Below are positions 20,880 through 30,652 of a DNA stretch of 64,000 nucleotides, piece after piece. The stretch's first letter is position 1; each line of letters starts with the position of its first letter. A program made the position numbers and the translations under genes. The notes under the pieces were generated by a model. That model was given only the letters and a program-made list of their open reading frames with translations. It was not told the DNA's origin and did not search any database. The DNA is from a virus, in IMG/VR virus record IMGVR_UViG_3300050821_002122, positions 64,001 to 128,000 of that record, one strand, 5' to 3'.

Positions 20880-22687
20880 GATATGAGGCCCATGTTGAGA
20901 ATGTTCAGCGAGTCATCAGCGCTTTGGAACCCGAAGGAACCTAAGCTTGCCACACCAGGTGATGTACCGGAACCATTCTGTTTATCAGCACCACCCGGTG
21001 CCTGAGCAGGTGCAGGTGGAGCTACCGACACACCTTCTTTGTAGGTCAGTGGTTTGTCTGTCACTATTTGTGTCGTATCCTTCGGAGCTGCGGCGGATGA
21101 ACTGCTCAACACCGCCTCAGGGCTTGGACCTTGCAGAGTAGTCGAGGTGGTACCAGCAGTTGGCGTAGCCGTAGTACCTCCAGGGGCTGATGCTGCACCT
21201 GGTGCCGTAACCAACTTCTTAACGTCCGTTGGATTGGAACCAACACTCTTGTCACCACCAATAGGCGGTGCCATAGGTATGGTTGTCGGTGGTGGTGCCG
21301 ATGCACCAGTGCTTTTACCATTAGACGAGATCACCGTTTGATAGTTAGCCAACTGACCTTGCAGAATTTGCAGACGCTGATTCAAATGACTCACCCGAAT
21401 CTTGTTGCGATCTGACGGGTCTTTCTGCAAATCCTTTTGGGCTTCAAGAATAAGGTTCTTAGTGCCTTTTATCTTGTCCTGTATGTCAGGTATAGCCTTC
21501 TTTGCATCGGCTACCGTAGTGTTAGTCGGTATTGCAGATTCTTTTGCTACCGATGCTGCTATGGTGGCCTGTCCTTCTTTGGTAGCAGTTTTCGCTGCCG
21601 TCTTTTTCACATCCTCATTGTTCATCGAGAACGCATCTTTGATTTTCTTGACCACCCAATCTAAGACTTGGCTACCGCCATCTTTGATTTCTTTCCATGT
21701 GTTCGCCATGAAGGTTTCTATGGTATCGAAATTGAGGTACTTCGATACCGCAGCAGTGACTGTAGCGATCAGCTGGGGATTGGTCAAAGCGAGCAGCAAT
21801 ATCTTGCCTATGGGTCCAAATATCTTACCTAATAGCGATGACACCTTAGATGCCTTGCTCTTTGCTTTGTCGAATTTATCGCCAAAGAAGTTGCGCAGCT
21901 TACGTAACCAGGTTTCAGACTTTTTGTCCTCATCCTCTGGGTCTTCCTTTTTGGTGATCTTCGCCCAGCCATCGACAACCGCATCTCGCATTTGACCCAA
22001 TGTAGTCTTGACGTAAGCAGCGGTAATAGTTGCAGCGTGTGGCGTCTTCTTGATTGCAGCCAACGCATTGCGAGAGAGACCACGCAGTGTGTTGGGAGCA
22101 TCTTTTGCCTTCTGCATCGCTACATGCTTCAGGTCACGAAACCGCTCGCTCAAACTACGGTTAGTCTTTTCAGGAATAGCCGCTAGTTCGTGTTTCAGAT
22201 CGTCAAGCTTTCGCTGAGTTTCTGCATCATCTGGCGTAGCAGGTTCTACCTTCTCAGCCGCTTGGGGTTCAGCCGGCGGTCGCTTCTGAAGTACGCGACT
22301 TATGGCAGTCGCGCGCTCATCGCTCTTTACCGACTCTTCGTCGAATCGATCTTGTACAGCGCCCAGTATATCCTCGCTCGCTGCCTGAAGTACCTTCTGG
22401 AAAGTCTGCTTGAACAGACGATCCTGTGCCTTAGGCGTGAGTGGACGCTTACCAATAGCAATACGGTCGGCATTCATCTTGTCGATGATCGCATCGGCAG
22501 TAGCCTCTGCGCTGTGTATGCCTTCCTTGAATGCCTCACCGGCAAGTTCATGCTGCGACTCAACGAGCTTGGTCAACGATTCGATATCGCTAGGCGTAGC
22601 CGTACCGCTAAGCATCTTATCAATGGTAACCGATCCTTTGTCTTGGAGCGATTCCCATTTGTTCTTTTCATTCGCTGTTTTGAACAT
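20876..22687 (-). CDS. Tape-measure-like protein
   Basis: 603 aa, helical, K/A-rich; follows the chaperone/frameshift pair and precedes the lytic protein. Confidence 0.55.
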   Translation of the reverse strand: MFKTANEKNKWESLQDKGSVTIDKMLSGTATPSDIESLTKLVESQHELAGEAFKEGIHSAEATADAIIDKMNADRIAIGKRPLTPKAQDRLFKQTFQKVLQAASEDILGAVQDRFDEESVKSDERATAISRVLQKRPPAEPQAAEKVEPATPDDAETQRKLDDLKHELAAIPEKTNRSLSERFRDLKHVAMQKAKDAPNTLRGLSRNALAAIKKTPHAATITAAYVKTTLGQMRDAVVDGWAKITKKEDPEDEDKKSETWLRKLRNFFGDKFDKAKSKASKVSSLLGKIFGPIGKILLLALTNPQLIATVTAAVSKYLNFDTIETFMANTWKEIKDGGSQVLDWVVKKIKDAFSMNNEDVKKTAAKTATKEGQATIAASVAKESAIPTNTTVADAKKAIPDIQDKIKGTKNLILEAQKDLQKDPSDRNKIRVSHLNQRLQILQGQLANYQTVISSNGKSTGASAPPPTTIPMAPPIGGDKSVGSNPTDVKKLVTAPGAASAPGGTTATPTAGTTSTTLQGPSPEAVLSSSSAAAPKDTTQIVTDKPLTYKEGVSVAPPAPAQAPGGADKQNGSGTSPGVASLGSFGFQSADDSLNILNMGLIS

Positions 22688-22690
22688 GGT

Positions 22691-22855
22691 TTAGCCTATG
22701 TAGGTTTTCCCATCGGATGCTGCTTTGAACCTGTCGCTTCGGCGTTTCTCGGCTACCGCAGCCAAATGCATTAGAGTCTTGACCGGCAGGTTCTCGTCAG
22801 GTATGCAGTGGAACTCGGACGCAATGAGTGAATATAGGTCCATAATCTGACTCAT
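22691..22855 (-). CDS. 54-codon ORF (MSQIMDLYSLIASEFHCIPDENLPVKTLMHLAAVAEKRRSDRFKAASDGKTYIG), probable -1 frameshift extension of the upstream chaperone
   Basis: Translated by hand; absent from the ORF track; fills the gap exactly; in the -1 frame of the upstream gene with no intervening stop; no SD. Confidence 0.75.
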   Translation of the reverse strand: MSQIMDLYSLIASEFHCIPDENLPVKTLMHLAAVAEKRRSDRFKAASDGKTYIG

Positions 22856-22873
22856 TGCGGTTAGTGGAAAAAA
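22820..22873 (-). promoter_or_regulatory. Programmed -1 ribosomal frameshift signal
   Basis: In-frame T TTT TTC (22873-22867), 7-nt spacer, then perfect 10-bp stem CGCAATGAGT/ACTCATTGCG (22859-22850 with 22829-22820). Confidence 0.75.
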
Positions 22874-24072
22874 GAGTTGACGTCAATCACCACAGTATCT
22901 TTGCGCACGGTACCACAACCTTTGCAGGTAACACGCAATGTCTCTTTGACGCCATACTCCGTGATGGCTTTCTCGTAGGCCAAAATGGTCTCGATGTCTT
23001 CCGCACTCATCTCCATCACGATATTGCAGCGTTCCACCAGCGACATCCGGTCATTGCCGATTGGGCGAATATAGCACGCCTTCTCTGCCAAGAAACGGAA
23101 GTCAGCATCGATGAAGTTCGGGTGGTCCGTCATCTCGATGGCATCTTTCATCGTCGCCACCTTTAATTCAACACCTTGACATTCCAGTGTGAACTGCGAC
23201 AGGTCTGGTACAGTGGTTAGGAAGGTCTCTTCCAGAACACCCTTCTTGATGATCTCAGTGTGCTTCAACGATTCTACCAGTTTCGTTCCAGCCACCACAT
23301 CCTTCAAATGCTGTTCGTTGGTGCAGCTCGACGTATGCAGATAGGATGTTTTGGTGTAGCTGTTGATGCGCAGCCAGTACAGGATGTAGTAGAAGTCTGG
23401 GACCGTCAACTGGAATGCCAGATTGGCATGACCTTCAGGCGTACTCAGTACCGAGCTAACGGTCTCAGCAGTGTATAGCAAGCTACCTTCTTCATGCGCA
23501 CGGCTCAACTTCGACAGGTGGTAGCCACGGAATGGCCGTACATACAAGGCCTTGAAGTCGTAGAATGCATAGTTACTAGGCAGGCTGATGGGTACTGCCT
23601 CGACTTCGGTTACCGGAGTAGTGAACGACGGCACCACAACAGGAATCTGGCCCTCCGGTATCTGTACGGCAGCCGCCATAGGCTGGGCTGCGATACGATT
23701 TGAAGTACCACCACCGTAGTAAGCTGCGCCACCCGTGCCACTACCTGAAGCACCAGACATACCTCCGGTGCCGAAGTTACCGGATGCGCCACTACCTGAA
23801 GTACCAGACGTACCTCCACCATGTCCTGCTGCTACTCCACCACGCCCACCAGATATAGAACCTGCGCTATCGGTTGCACCAATTACTCCAGCCGGCATAG
23901 AGTAATTGGTCTGCATGTCACGACCGCTCATACGAGCTTGTGCGCGTGCTTGGGCATCAGGATGATGTGGGCTCTCGTAACGTTCTGCTTTTTCTTTTCT
24001 GCGTGCTTCACCAGCTGCGACACGTTCTGCTGGGAATGCCATGTAGTCAGTGCGTGATTCTTCGTTTGCCAT
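22861..24072 (-). CDS. Tail/baseplate hub assembly chaperone (T4 gp26-like) with Gly-rich N-terminal extension
   Basis: VRPFRG, DFYYILYWLRINSY and C-terminal CKGCG...SFF; lies between tube gene and tape-measure-like gene. Confidence 0.7.
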   Translation of the reverse strand: MANEESRTDYMAFPAERVAAGEARRKEKAERYESPHHPDAQARAQARMSGRDMQTNYSMPAGVIGATDSAGSISGGRGGVAAGHGGGTSGTSGSGASGNFGTGGMSGASGSGTGGAAYYGGGTSNRIAAQPMAAAVQIPEGQIPVVVPSFTTPVTEVEAVPISLPSNYAFYDFKALYVRPFRGYHLSKLSRAHEEGSLLYTAETVSSVLSTPEGHANLAFQLTVPDFYYILYWLRINSYTKTSYLHTSSCTNEQHLKDVVAGTKLVESLKHTEIIKKGVLEETFLTTVPDLSQFTLECQGVELKVATMKDAIEMTDHPNFIDADFRFLAEKACYIRPIGNDRMSLVERCNIVMEMSAEDIETILAYEKAITEYGVKETLRVTCKGCGTVRKDTVVIDVNSFFH

Positions 24073-24108
24073 GATGATCTCTATGTGGGTTAAACATGTT
24101 ATTTACTG

Positions 24109-25137
24109 TTAGGCGGTTGCCGAGAAGTCTGGTACGTCCGATAGACCTGGTACTTCTGGTGGCGTACCAGCATCGACTTGCAGGTTATCCGTGTTGAATG
24201 GATCGATGGATGCTGCCAAAGTTTTGCTTATAGCGAACGCATTTATGTAGACATCATCAACAGAGAAGGTTACCACGTTGACGATGCGTGTCGAAGTATT
24301 GCTGTCTAGCGAATACGATGCTACGTTTGTGGGCCAACACCCCTGATACGTTATCTGGAACAACGTGCGCTTGTCCGGACCTAGTATGTAGATGTTGATA
24401 TCCTTCTTGTAGTCCTTACTACGACCGTAGCCGCCTCCTTTAGCTGATGCCTGCGCTGAAGGTATCGGGTTTACTATAGCACCGTTCCATGCTTGCAGGT
24501 AACCAATTGCGGCATTGGTCGTATCACCATAGAGATGCAGTGTTAGGTTGTCCACCGAGTACGGACCAGGGTAATGCTCTTGGTGACCTTGCACGAATCG
24601 ACTGCGCGTTTCAAAGTTCCTGAATGGAACAGTGGCTTCTTCGACGTAGTACCATGGCAGACTTACTGGTGAACCACCTATAGGTGTGACGTCAGGCATT
24701 ATTGCGTACCATAGGTAGCTCATCATCGGATCAGTACGGGCCATAGCACCTGCCAAACTGTTACCAGGTTGAGCAGCGCCACCAGCACCTGGACCACTCA
24801 TGGTGGAACCGCTACTGATACCAAAGGTTTTACCTAGTTGACCCAAGATATCACTTGGTCCTTTGGACAATTGGGAGAGACCTCCGCTGAAGTCACCGTG
24901 AGCCGCAGCATTGGCTGCACCCGACAGGTCTTTGAGACCTAGGTTGATGGCTTGACTTACACCGCCAGTGACGCCGCCAACTTGATTCTTGATGTAGTTG
25001 GGTACAACGTTGGCTACGGAACTGCCGGCAGACGACATACCGCCGGAGAACGTTTGTTTGACACTGTTACCGCTTGAAGCTGTGGATTGTTTTACCTGCG
25101 ACATTGCAGATGATATGATGTCGGATAAGGATGGCAT
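24109..25137 (-). CDS. Tail tube-fold protein (gp19/gp54-like)
   Basis: VEEATVPF...YPGPYS...L.L.LY.D...YLQAW...DYKKDI......GCWPTNV pattern. Confidence 0.75.
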   Translation of the reverse strand: MPSLSDIISSAMSQVKQSTASSGNSVKQTFSGGMSSAGSSVANVVPNYIKNQVGGVTGGVSQAINLGLKDLSGAANAAAHGDFSGGLSQLSKGPSDILGQLGKTFGISSGSTMSGPGAGGAAQPGNSLAGAMARTDPMMSYLWYAIMPDVTPIGGSPVSLPWYYVEEATVPFRNFETRSRFVQGHQEHYPGPYSVDNLTLHLYGDTTNAAIGYLQAWNGAIVNPIPSAQASAKGGGYGRSKDYKKDINIYILGPDKRTLFQITYQGCWPTNVASYSLDSNTSTRIVNVVTFSVDDVYINAFAISKTLAASIDPFNTDNLQVDAGTPPEVPGLSDVPDFSATA

Positions 25138-25213
25138 AGCGAGACCTTTAGAAAGGACTCGTGGGAATAGCTGGCGTTTGATCCTCTATGGGCCAGCAAC
25201 ACCCACGGGCATG

Positions 25214-25249
25214 AAAAAAGAGGGAGGACAATTCCTGTCTTCCTCCCTC
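25214..25249 (-). terminator. Intrinsic terminator
   Basis: Minus strand gagggagga...tcctccctc hairpin followed by six T. Confidence 0.8.
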
Positions 25250-25394
25250 AACACAATAACCTTGCACCCTTCTCACGGTTTAGGCGGCATGGCCACCCAA
25301 GGTAATTGCTGTATCAGGATATACGAAATGAAATTATCTTCAGTTGCCCAGTGGAAACAGTAATGTTGTCATTATGAGCATGTTACTATTTCTA

Positions 25395-25814
25395 TCACCC
25401 CCATAAGAGGATGACCATCGGGTCGGTTGGCCCGTGGTGCGTAGGCATAGGGTTCTGGGAGATGCGTGGTGACCCAACGCGGCCCTGAGGTTTCAGGTAG
25501 TAACCATGCTTCTGGTCTGTGTCTAGATTTGGCCGTGTCGTCGGCGCGTAAAGATCGCGTTCGATAGTCTGCACCTCTGGGTTCGGACTCTCAGGACCGA
25601 TTGCCTCGGTCTTATACAGAATCCACAGCGTCGCCAGCTCAGCACCAATACCGTGTTCTAGGCCCAATGCGTTGATGACAGCATCAGCATCGGAGTTCTC
25701 GGTGACCACAAGGAAGTCACCGAAGCTCGATTGTAGGGCCAATAGATCGCGTGTGACCTGGCCCTCCACCTGAGGTGTGTAAGTATTCCACTTCAAGCCA
25801 ACAGTGGTAGTCAT
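25395..25814 (-). CDS. Hypothetical protein
   Basis: 139-aa ORF, 4-nt overlap with upstream gene. Confidence 0.5.
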   Translation of the reverse strand: MTTTVGLKWNTYTPQVEGQVTRDLLALQSSFGDFLVVTENSDADAVINALGLEHGIGAELATLWILYKTEAIGPESPNPEVQTIERDLYAPTTRPNLDTDQKHGYYLKPQGRVGSPRISQNPMPTHHGPTDPMVILLWG

Positions 25815-26068
25815 TTCACCACCTTCACTTTCTTTGCAATCTTCTGTGCTACCTCCAACGGCAAGGTAAACACGCGATTGACCTCATCGTCAAAAATCAG
25901 GCGTATCTTCTTACCGTCTGCCGATTTGCGGACTCCGAACTTTTGACCCTTCTCTAAGGGGACTTCTATGCCTCTGTAGGGCAACTTTATAGTTGGTCCA
26001 TGGTAAGTAAAGAACTGGTAATGCTCTTCACCCTTGATCGCTGCCTGTACAACCAGTTGAGACCACAT
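25811..26068 (-). CDS. Small SH3-like hypothetical protein
   Basis: 85-aa ORF directly after portal. Confidence 0.5.
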   Translation of the reverse strand: MWSQLVVQAAIKGEEHYQFFTYHGPTIKLPYRGIEVPLEKGQKFGVRKSADGKKIRLIFDDEVNRVFTLPLEVAQKIAKKVKVVK

Positions 26069-26070
26069 TC

Positions 26071-27945
26071 TTATCTCCCTTTGACATCACCAGCGAGTGG
26101 AATACGCGAGTAGCCCAATTTGCTGATATTGGCCTTAGCCATCTTGACACGATATTCTGGATCGGTAGCCATCTTGTGCGACATCGTAGCAATCGCCGCA
26201 TTATAGTCACGCCGTTTGCCTTGAGCATTGTGGACAATGTGACGTTTCTGACCAGTCTTCGTAATCGAGAAGTCCTCTGGCTCACCCCAACTACGACCCA
26301 AAATCGAACGCTTTGGATACATGCTATTCTTCGAGCTTGAGGTAGTTGGGATACCTAGTAACCGCTTGAGTGCAGCATGTACAGCAGAGGCTTCAACTTG
26401 CTCCTCACCTTCGTGCGAAGTATCTTTACCAGTGAACGATTCCAGTTTCTTACGCAGCTTAACGTCGCCGTCCAAATCCTTTATAAGCGATTCGACATCG
26501 AGGCCAGCAGCAGCCATCCACATACGAATAGGGATAGGTACACCTTTCTCCGAGGCTTGCTCCAACATCTCAAACGTGTTCTCTTCGCCCTTTGCTTCCA
26601 ACGATTTGTGCCACACCAGTTGAGGTGTCAACAAGCGACTACGATTCTTCGCATGCATCAGATACTTGGTGACCTGATTATGTTGTACGCGCTCACTATT
26701 GGCGGTGCCTTCCTTGTACAGGTTGTTGGCAACTGCAATCAGCGGGAACAGCGTGGTGTCAAAGATCGCATTGGTCAGATGCCGACGATACGTATCCTGC
26801 GATTCCAAGAAAGTAGAATATGCAGACTCCGCCGCCGCATACGATGCTTCACCGGAAAGGAATGACTCCGAAACGCCCATTGCGCGCAATTTGTAGGCGA
26901 CTAGGATATCGGCCATATCCGTCCACTTCCAGAAGTCACCACCAGGGCGAATGTCGTTGACCTGCACTGCATTACGTGTCGACACCCAACCACCTAAGGG
27001 ATCGAACTCAGCTTGTTGGAACTGCGACACCAGTGCTTGCAATTCTTCGCCCGTCGGAGTCCAGATATCATCACCTGCCGTCAAGTGCGTAGTTGCACGT
27101 TGCCGTCGGCTGGCCTCAACCAACGTGCCTCTGAACATCGTTTTCTCGATCAGGTACATGGGAAGAATGCGGTGCAAGAACGATACGTAAGCACGATCGG
27201 TCAAGCTACGGCGTGCGACGTAGAGCGTGGACACTGGATTCAAGGTGAATGCGCCCGTCTTCAGCAATTCAATGAACGATTGCGGCAGATAGCTCAGATA
27301 TTCCCGCGAGTACTGCGAATCCGAATTCAGCAGTTCATTGGTTGCCTGACTCGTATGCACGTTGATCTGTGGCATCATGTTGAAGAACGAGTTGGGCATT
27401 ATCTGGCACTGCAAGGCATCATGTATTAAAGTATCCAAGAACCTGCGGGATGTTTGATCGAAAACCAACGAGCCGCAGAAGAAACCATCCGTCAGGTATG
27501 CTGTACTTATGATCGGCAGCATCTGATTTATGTTCAACTGATCCACCGAATCGCGGTAGATGTTTAAGTCTTTCTCGTCCAGACCACGCAGATCGAAGTC
27601 AGAGAACGGGAACGTCGATTGGATGTCAACGCAGGAACCCGCTGTTGCATCGTGCAAGTATATGTCGCGGTAGAACAGTGCAAGCTGACTGGTATCCGCA
27701 TAACCAGGCTCAGACGGAATCAAGCCCGTCATGTAATACTGGTACTGCGAAGACCAATAGGAGTTCACAGACATCGAGTTCCCGCCACCTTGTTGTCCCC
27801 AACCATTACCACCTACTGAGGCTTGAATCTTACTCTTCTCTGAATAGGTATGTGGACTGTTGACAGCGTGTGCTACCTTCGGTGCATAACTCTCAGTCTT
27901 GATTCGGGAGCCAGTGACTCCTGTTACGCGGTTACGTGGAAACAT
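26071..27945 (-). CDS. Portal protein
   Basis: 624 aa; FYRDIYL.D...GSCVD..S.FPFSD, LRAMGVSESFLSGEASYA and LFPLIA helical pattern; packaging-module context. Confidence 0.7.
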   Translation of the reverse strand: MFPRNRVTGVTGSRIKTESYAPKVAHAVNSPHTYSEKSKIQASVGGNGWGQQGGGNSMSVNSYWSSQYQYYMTGLIPSEPGYADTSQLALFYRDIYLHDATAGSCVDIQSTFPFSDFDLRGLDEKDLNIYRDSVDQLNINQMLPIISTAYLTDGFFCGSLVFDQTSRRFLDTLIHDALQCQIMPNSFFNMMPQINVHTSQATNELLNSDSQYSREYLSYLPQSFIELLKTGAFTLNPVSTLYVARRSLTDRAYVSFLHRILPMYLIEKTMFRGTLVEASRRQRATTHLTAGDDIWTPTGEELQALVSQFQQAEFDPLGGWVSTRNAVQVNDIRPGGDFWKWTDMADILVAYKLRAMGVSESFLSGEASYAAAESAYSTFLESQDTYRRHLTNAIFDTTLFPLIAVANNLYKEGTANSERVQHNQVTKYLMHAKNRSRLLTPQLVWHKSLEAKGEENTFEMLEQASEKGVPIPIRMWMAAAGLDVESLIKDLDGDVKLRKKLESFTGKDTSHEGEEQVEASAVHAALKRLLGIPTTSSSKNSMYPKRSILGRSWGEPEDFSITKTGQKRHIVHNAQGKRRDYNAAIATMSHKMATDPEYRVKMAKANISKLGYSRIPLAGDVKGR

Positions 27946-27954
27946 ATGTGCTTT

Positions 27955-28491
27955 CTATACATATAGGAGGAACGTGTCTTCCAGATTGGTCATCAAGCCC
28001 GCTGCCGTCTTTGGGCCTTCCGGCGTGAAATCGAATTCGATATTCATGTGTGATTCAATCGACCACAGCTTGACATGGTAGCCGTATTTGGAAAGTGATG
28101 CCCAGGTGTGAATTGCATCGATACCGATATGCGGATCAGAAACCAGATGCCGAAAAACGTGTAGCGCACCTAGGTAAAGCACAGTACCTAGCTTACGGCC
28201 TCTGTACTCCTTGCGGATGAACACACCGCTTTGGTAGTACTTGAAGCGCAAGCCCCAGTCAGGATCGCAAGCATCGAGGTTCATGTAGCCTACGACTTCT
28301 TTGGTTTCAACCAGACGTAGGCAGAACACTGGACCAATCCAAGTGAACCATACTAGCTCAATGCCATCTTTCACGCCTAGCGACTTACCAACATATCTTT
28401 TTAATTCCGCCTCAAAGTATTTGCACTGCTTATTGCCACCGTGGTCTGATATCGGCTGTACACCAATCGGTTGCGCTGTCGGCTTATACAT
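27955..28491 (-). CDS. GNAT-fold acetyltransferase-like protein
   Basis: GVFIRKEYRGRKLGTVLY matches GNAT motif A. Confidence 0.6.
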   Translation of the reverse strand: MYKPTAQPIGVQPISDHGGNKQCKYFEAELKRYVGKSLGVKDGIELVWFTWIGPVFCLRLVETKEVVGYMNLDACDPDWGLRFKYYQSGVFIRKEYRGRKLGTVLYLGALHVFRHLVSDPHIGIDAIHTWASLSKYGYHVKLWSIESHMNIEFDFTPEGPKTAAGLMTNLEDTFLLYV

Positions 28492-29743
28492 AGGTCTCTA
28501 TCGCCTTTGCTACTTCTCGGGCTACAAAGTCGCGGCCCTTACGTTGTTTGAGTGGGATCGCCAGAATCGCATCAACGCATATTTCAGCTAATCGTTTTGC
28601 AGTTATGCGCGTTGGTTTGTCTTTCGGAACTTCTGGGTAGTTTGTGTCAGAGCGGCTCATAGCTATGAAAGTCAAAACCTTTAATCGGGTCATGCTGTGC
28701 CAATCTTCTGGGAGTTTGAACAGTCGTTTACCGTTACCTGTCATAACAAGCATTGAAAATTTATAGCCAGCAGCCAGCACTGCTTTAGCCTTAGCTTGGT
28801 TTTTTCGCCAATTCTTTCCTGTTTTTATGCCAAGTGTATAATCAGACTTTACCTCGATTATATGATTTCGTCTCGGTATGAAAATATCAGGAAAATACGT
28901 GTGCATTCGCTTCCCCATCTTATACCTTACTGCTGGAACTTCCCCACTAGAGTCCACTTTGATATCCGTAGCTTTGAGTTTTGGATTATTAAGTAGCAGC
29001 CATTCTATAGCCTGGGGTTCGTACCCCTGAACCTTAAACGTAGTACCTTGGATTTCTACCTCTTTAAACTTATAACTGTTGTTACGGTTACGTGTTATTT
29101 TTGCGCAGTTGGGGCATCCACTACCCTTGTGTATGACGCTAGCAATTACGACCTTCCATGATGTATGGCATTCATTGCAACGTATTCGGTGTTTTCTAAG
29201 CATTCCAAGATAATTTCCGACTAGCTGATATTTTGTTCCGTGCACTGCTTTAATACGAGCTATAACTTCGTCGTAAGAAACAGGACGTCCAGTGCCACCT
29301 AATGCCGTTACACACTTTGGGCACCTTTTGAATTTGCTATTTAAAATACCATTTGGTGAAACATTCCACACATTTCCGCATTCACACCTATGTTTAATCT
29401 TTTTAAGGTCATTGAGGTATGGCTCTAAAGGTGTGACATTTATTTTACAGGTTTTAAGTTCATTAATATACCAGTCCGGTGTTCTGGTTTGATGACGGCT
29501 CATACGCTCATAAGCACAGAATTTGCAGCCCTTCACACGCTTGCCTAAATGATTTGTAGGTGTAACAGTAAAATCTCCATGTTGAATGCAAGTAATTGTC
29601 ACAGAACTAGCAGCTTTTTCAAGAATCAGTTTAGAATAGTTATAACCATTACCATGAAGCTTACGTGAAGCTGTAATGAAGGTTTTGCGTGAATACCAAA
29701 CACCACCGACACGAAAAACATTCTTGCTATCTTCTGATTTCAT
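28484..29743 (-). mobile_element. Free-standing putative homing endonuclease: Zn-ribbon repeats plus PD-(D/E)xK nuclease
   Basis: Repeated CxxHG/CxCG...CPxC units; YFPDIFI...IIEVKS; visibly AT-richer than neighbours. Confidence 0.7.
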
Positions 29744-29809
29744 GATTTAAGCCTGTAACTGAATTAGGTCATACTGCCAGTACCGCTTGCCTTATATGGT
29801 TGGCATCCA

Positions 29810-30400
29810 TTAGCTCTCCAAGAATTCAATGAGCTGCGTCCTGGTTTCAGTGTACTGCCGGTTAACAGCGTTGGCCAGGCGTGTGCGAGAATCAGTGAGC
29901 AGTACCTTGAACTTGGCATAATCCTCTGCGGTCATCAACTCTTTGGCATCAGCGGAAATGATCGAGTATTCTTTGACCATCTCTTGAGCCAAATCGGAGG
30001 TCGCTGGTTTGACGACCGTTTCAACCAACTGGTGCCCAAGCATACCACGATCTTGCGCTGCCTGTATGTCGACCAGCAGTTCACGGATAGAAGACACAAG
30101 GGTATTTACCTGATAAATACCCTTCGTACCTTCTGTCTTATGTACGTAGGCTTCAGCCATCGGAAACATCTGGACCAATGATTGCAAGAGAGAACGATAG
30201 ACCAATGGGATGGCCTTGTCGTTCTCTTTGCCTTCCAAAAGCTGAATAATCTGCGCAGAGTTGGTAGCAACTATCGAAGAAACCTCAGATGGTGAACTCG
30301 ATTTCTTTGCCTTCTTTAGCTTTACCTCTGCGACTTCCAGTGTCTTTTTCTTCTTTTTCTTTTTGACTGGCGACACATCCAGTTGGAGAACCTTACCCAT
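29810..30400 (-). CDS. Helical hypothetical protein with poly-Lys N-terminus
   Basis: 196-aa ORF in packaging module. Confidence 0.5.
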   Translation of the reverse strand: MGKVLQLDVSPVKKKKKKKTLEVAEVKLKKAKKSSSPSEVSSIVATNSAQIIQLLEGKENDKAIPLVYRSLLQSLVQMFPMAEAYVHKTEGTKGIYQVNTLVSSIRELLVDIQAAQDRGMLGHQLVETVVKPATSDLAQEMVKEYSIISADAKELMTAEDYAKFKVLLTDSRTRLANAVNRQYTETRTQLIEFLES

Positions 30401-30402
30401 GA

Positions 30403-30636
30403 TTACACCTGGTCGTCAGCGATTGGGATAGCAATACGGTCTGGATTGCAGTACCACACGTTGATGCCATTGCTGACACCACGTTCCATCTGACCACGGC
30501 AGTCAGGGCACAATCCTTGACCAGCGACTTCGGCACTCATGTCGATACGTGCTTCAACCTTTGCGGCTGCCACACGTGCCTTCTCTTCGGCTTTTGCCTT
30601 GGTGCCTGCTTCAATCCATGCTTTTGGTAAATTCAT
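30403..30636 (-). CDS. Small Zn-ribbon protein
   Basis: CPDC...YCNPD; ggag SD supports ATG at 30636. Confidence 0.55.
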   Translation of the reverse strand: MNLPKAWIEAGTKAKAEEKARVAAAKVEARIDMSAEVAGQGLCPDCRGQMERGVSNGINVWYCNPDRIAIPIADDQV

Positions 30637-30652
30637 TTTCAACTCCATTTGG

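Noticed and set aside
25290-25370. Hammerhead ribozyme (CUGAAGA present on minus strand)
   Set aside because: No correctly placed GAAA and flanking stems could be assembled
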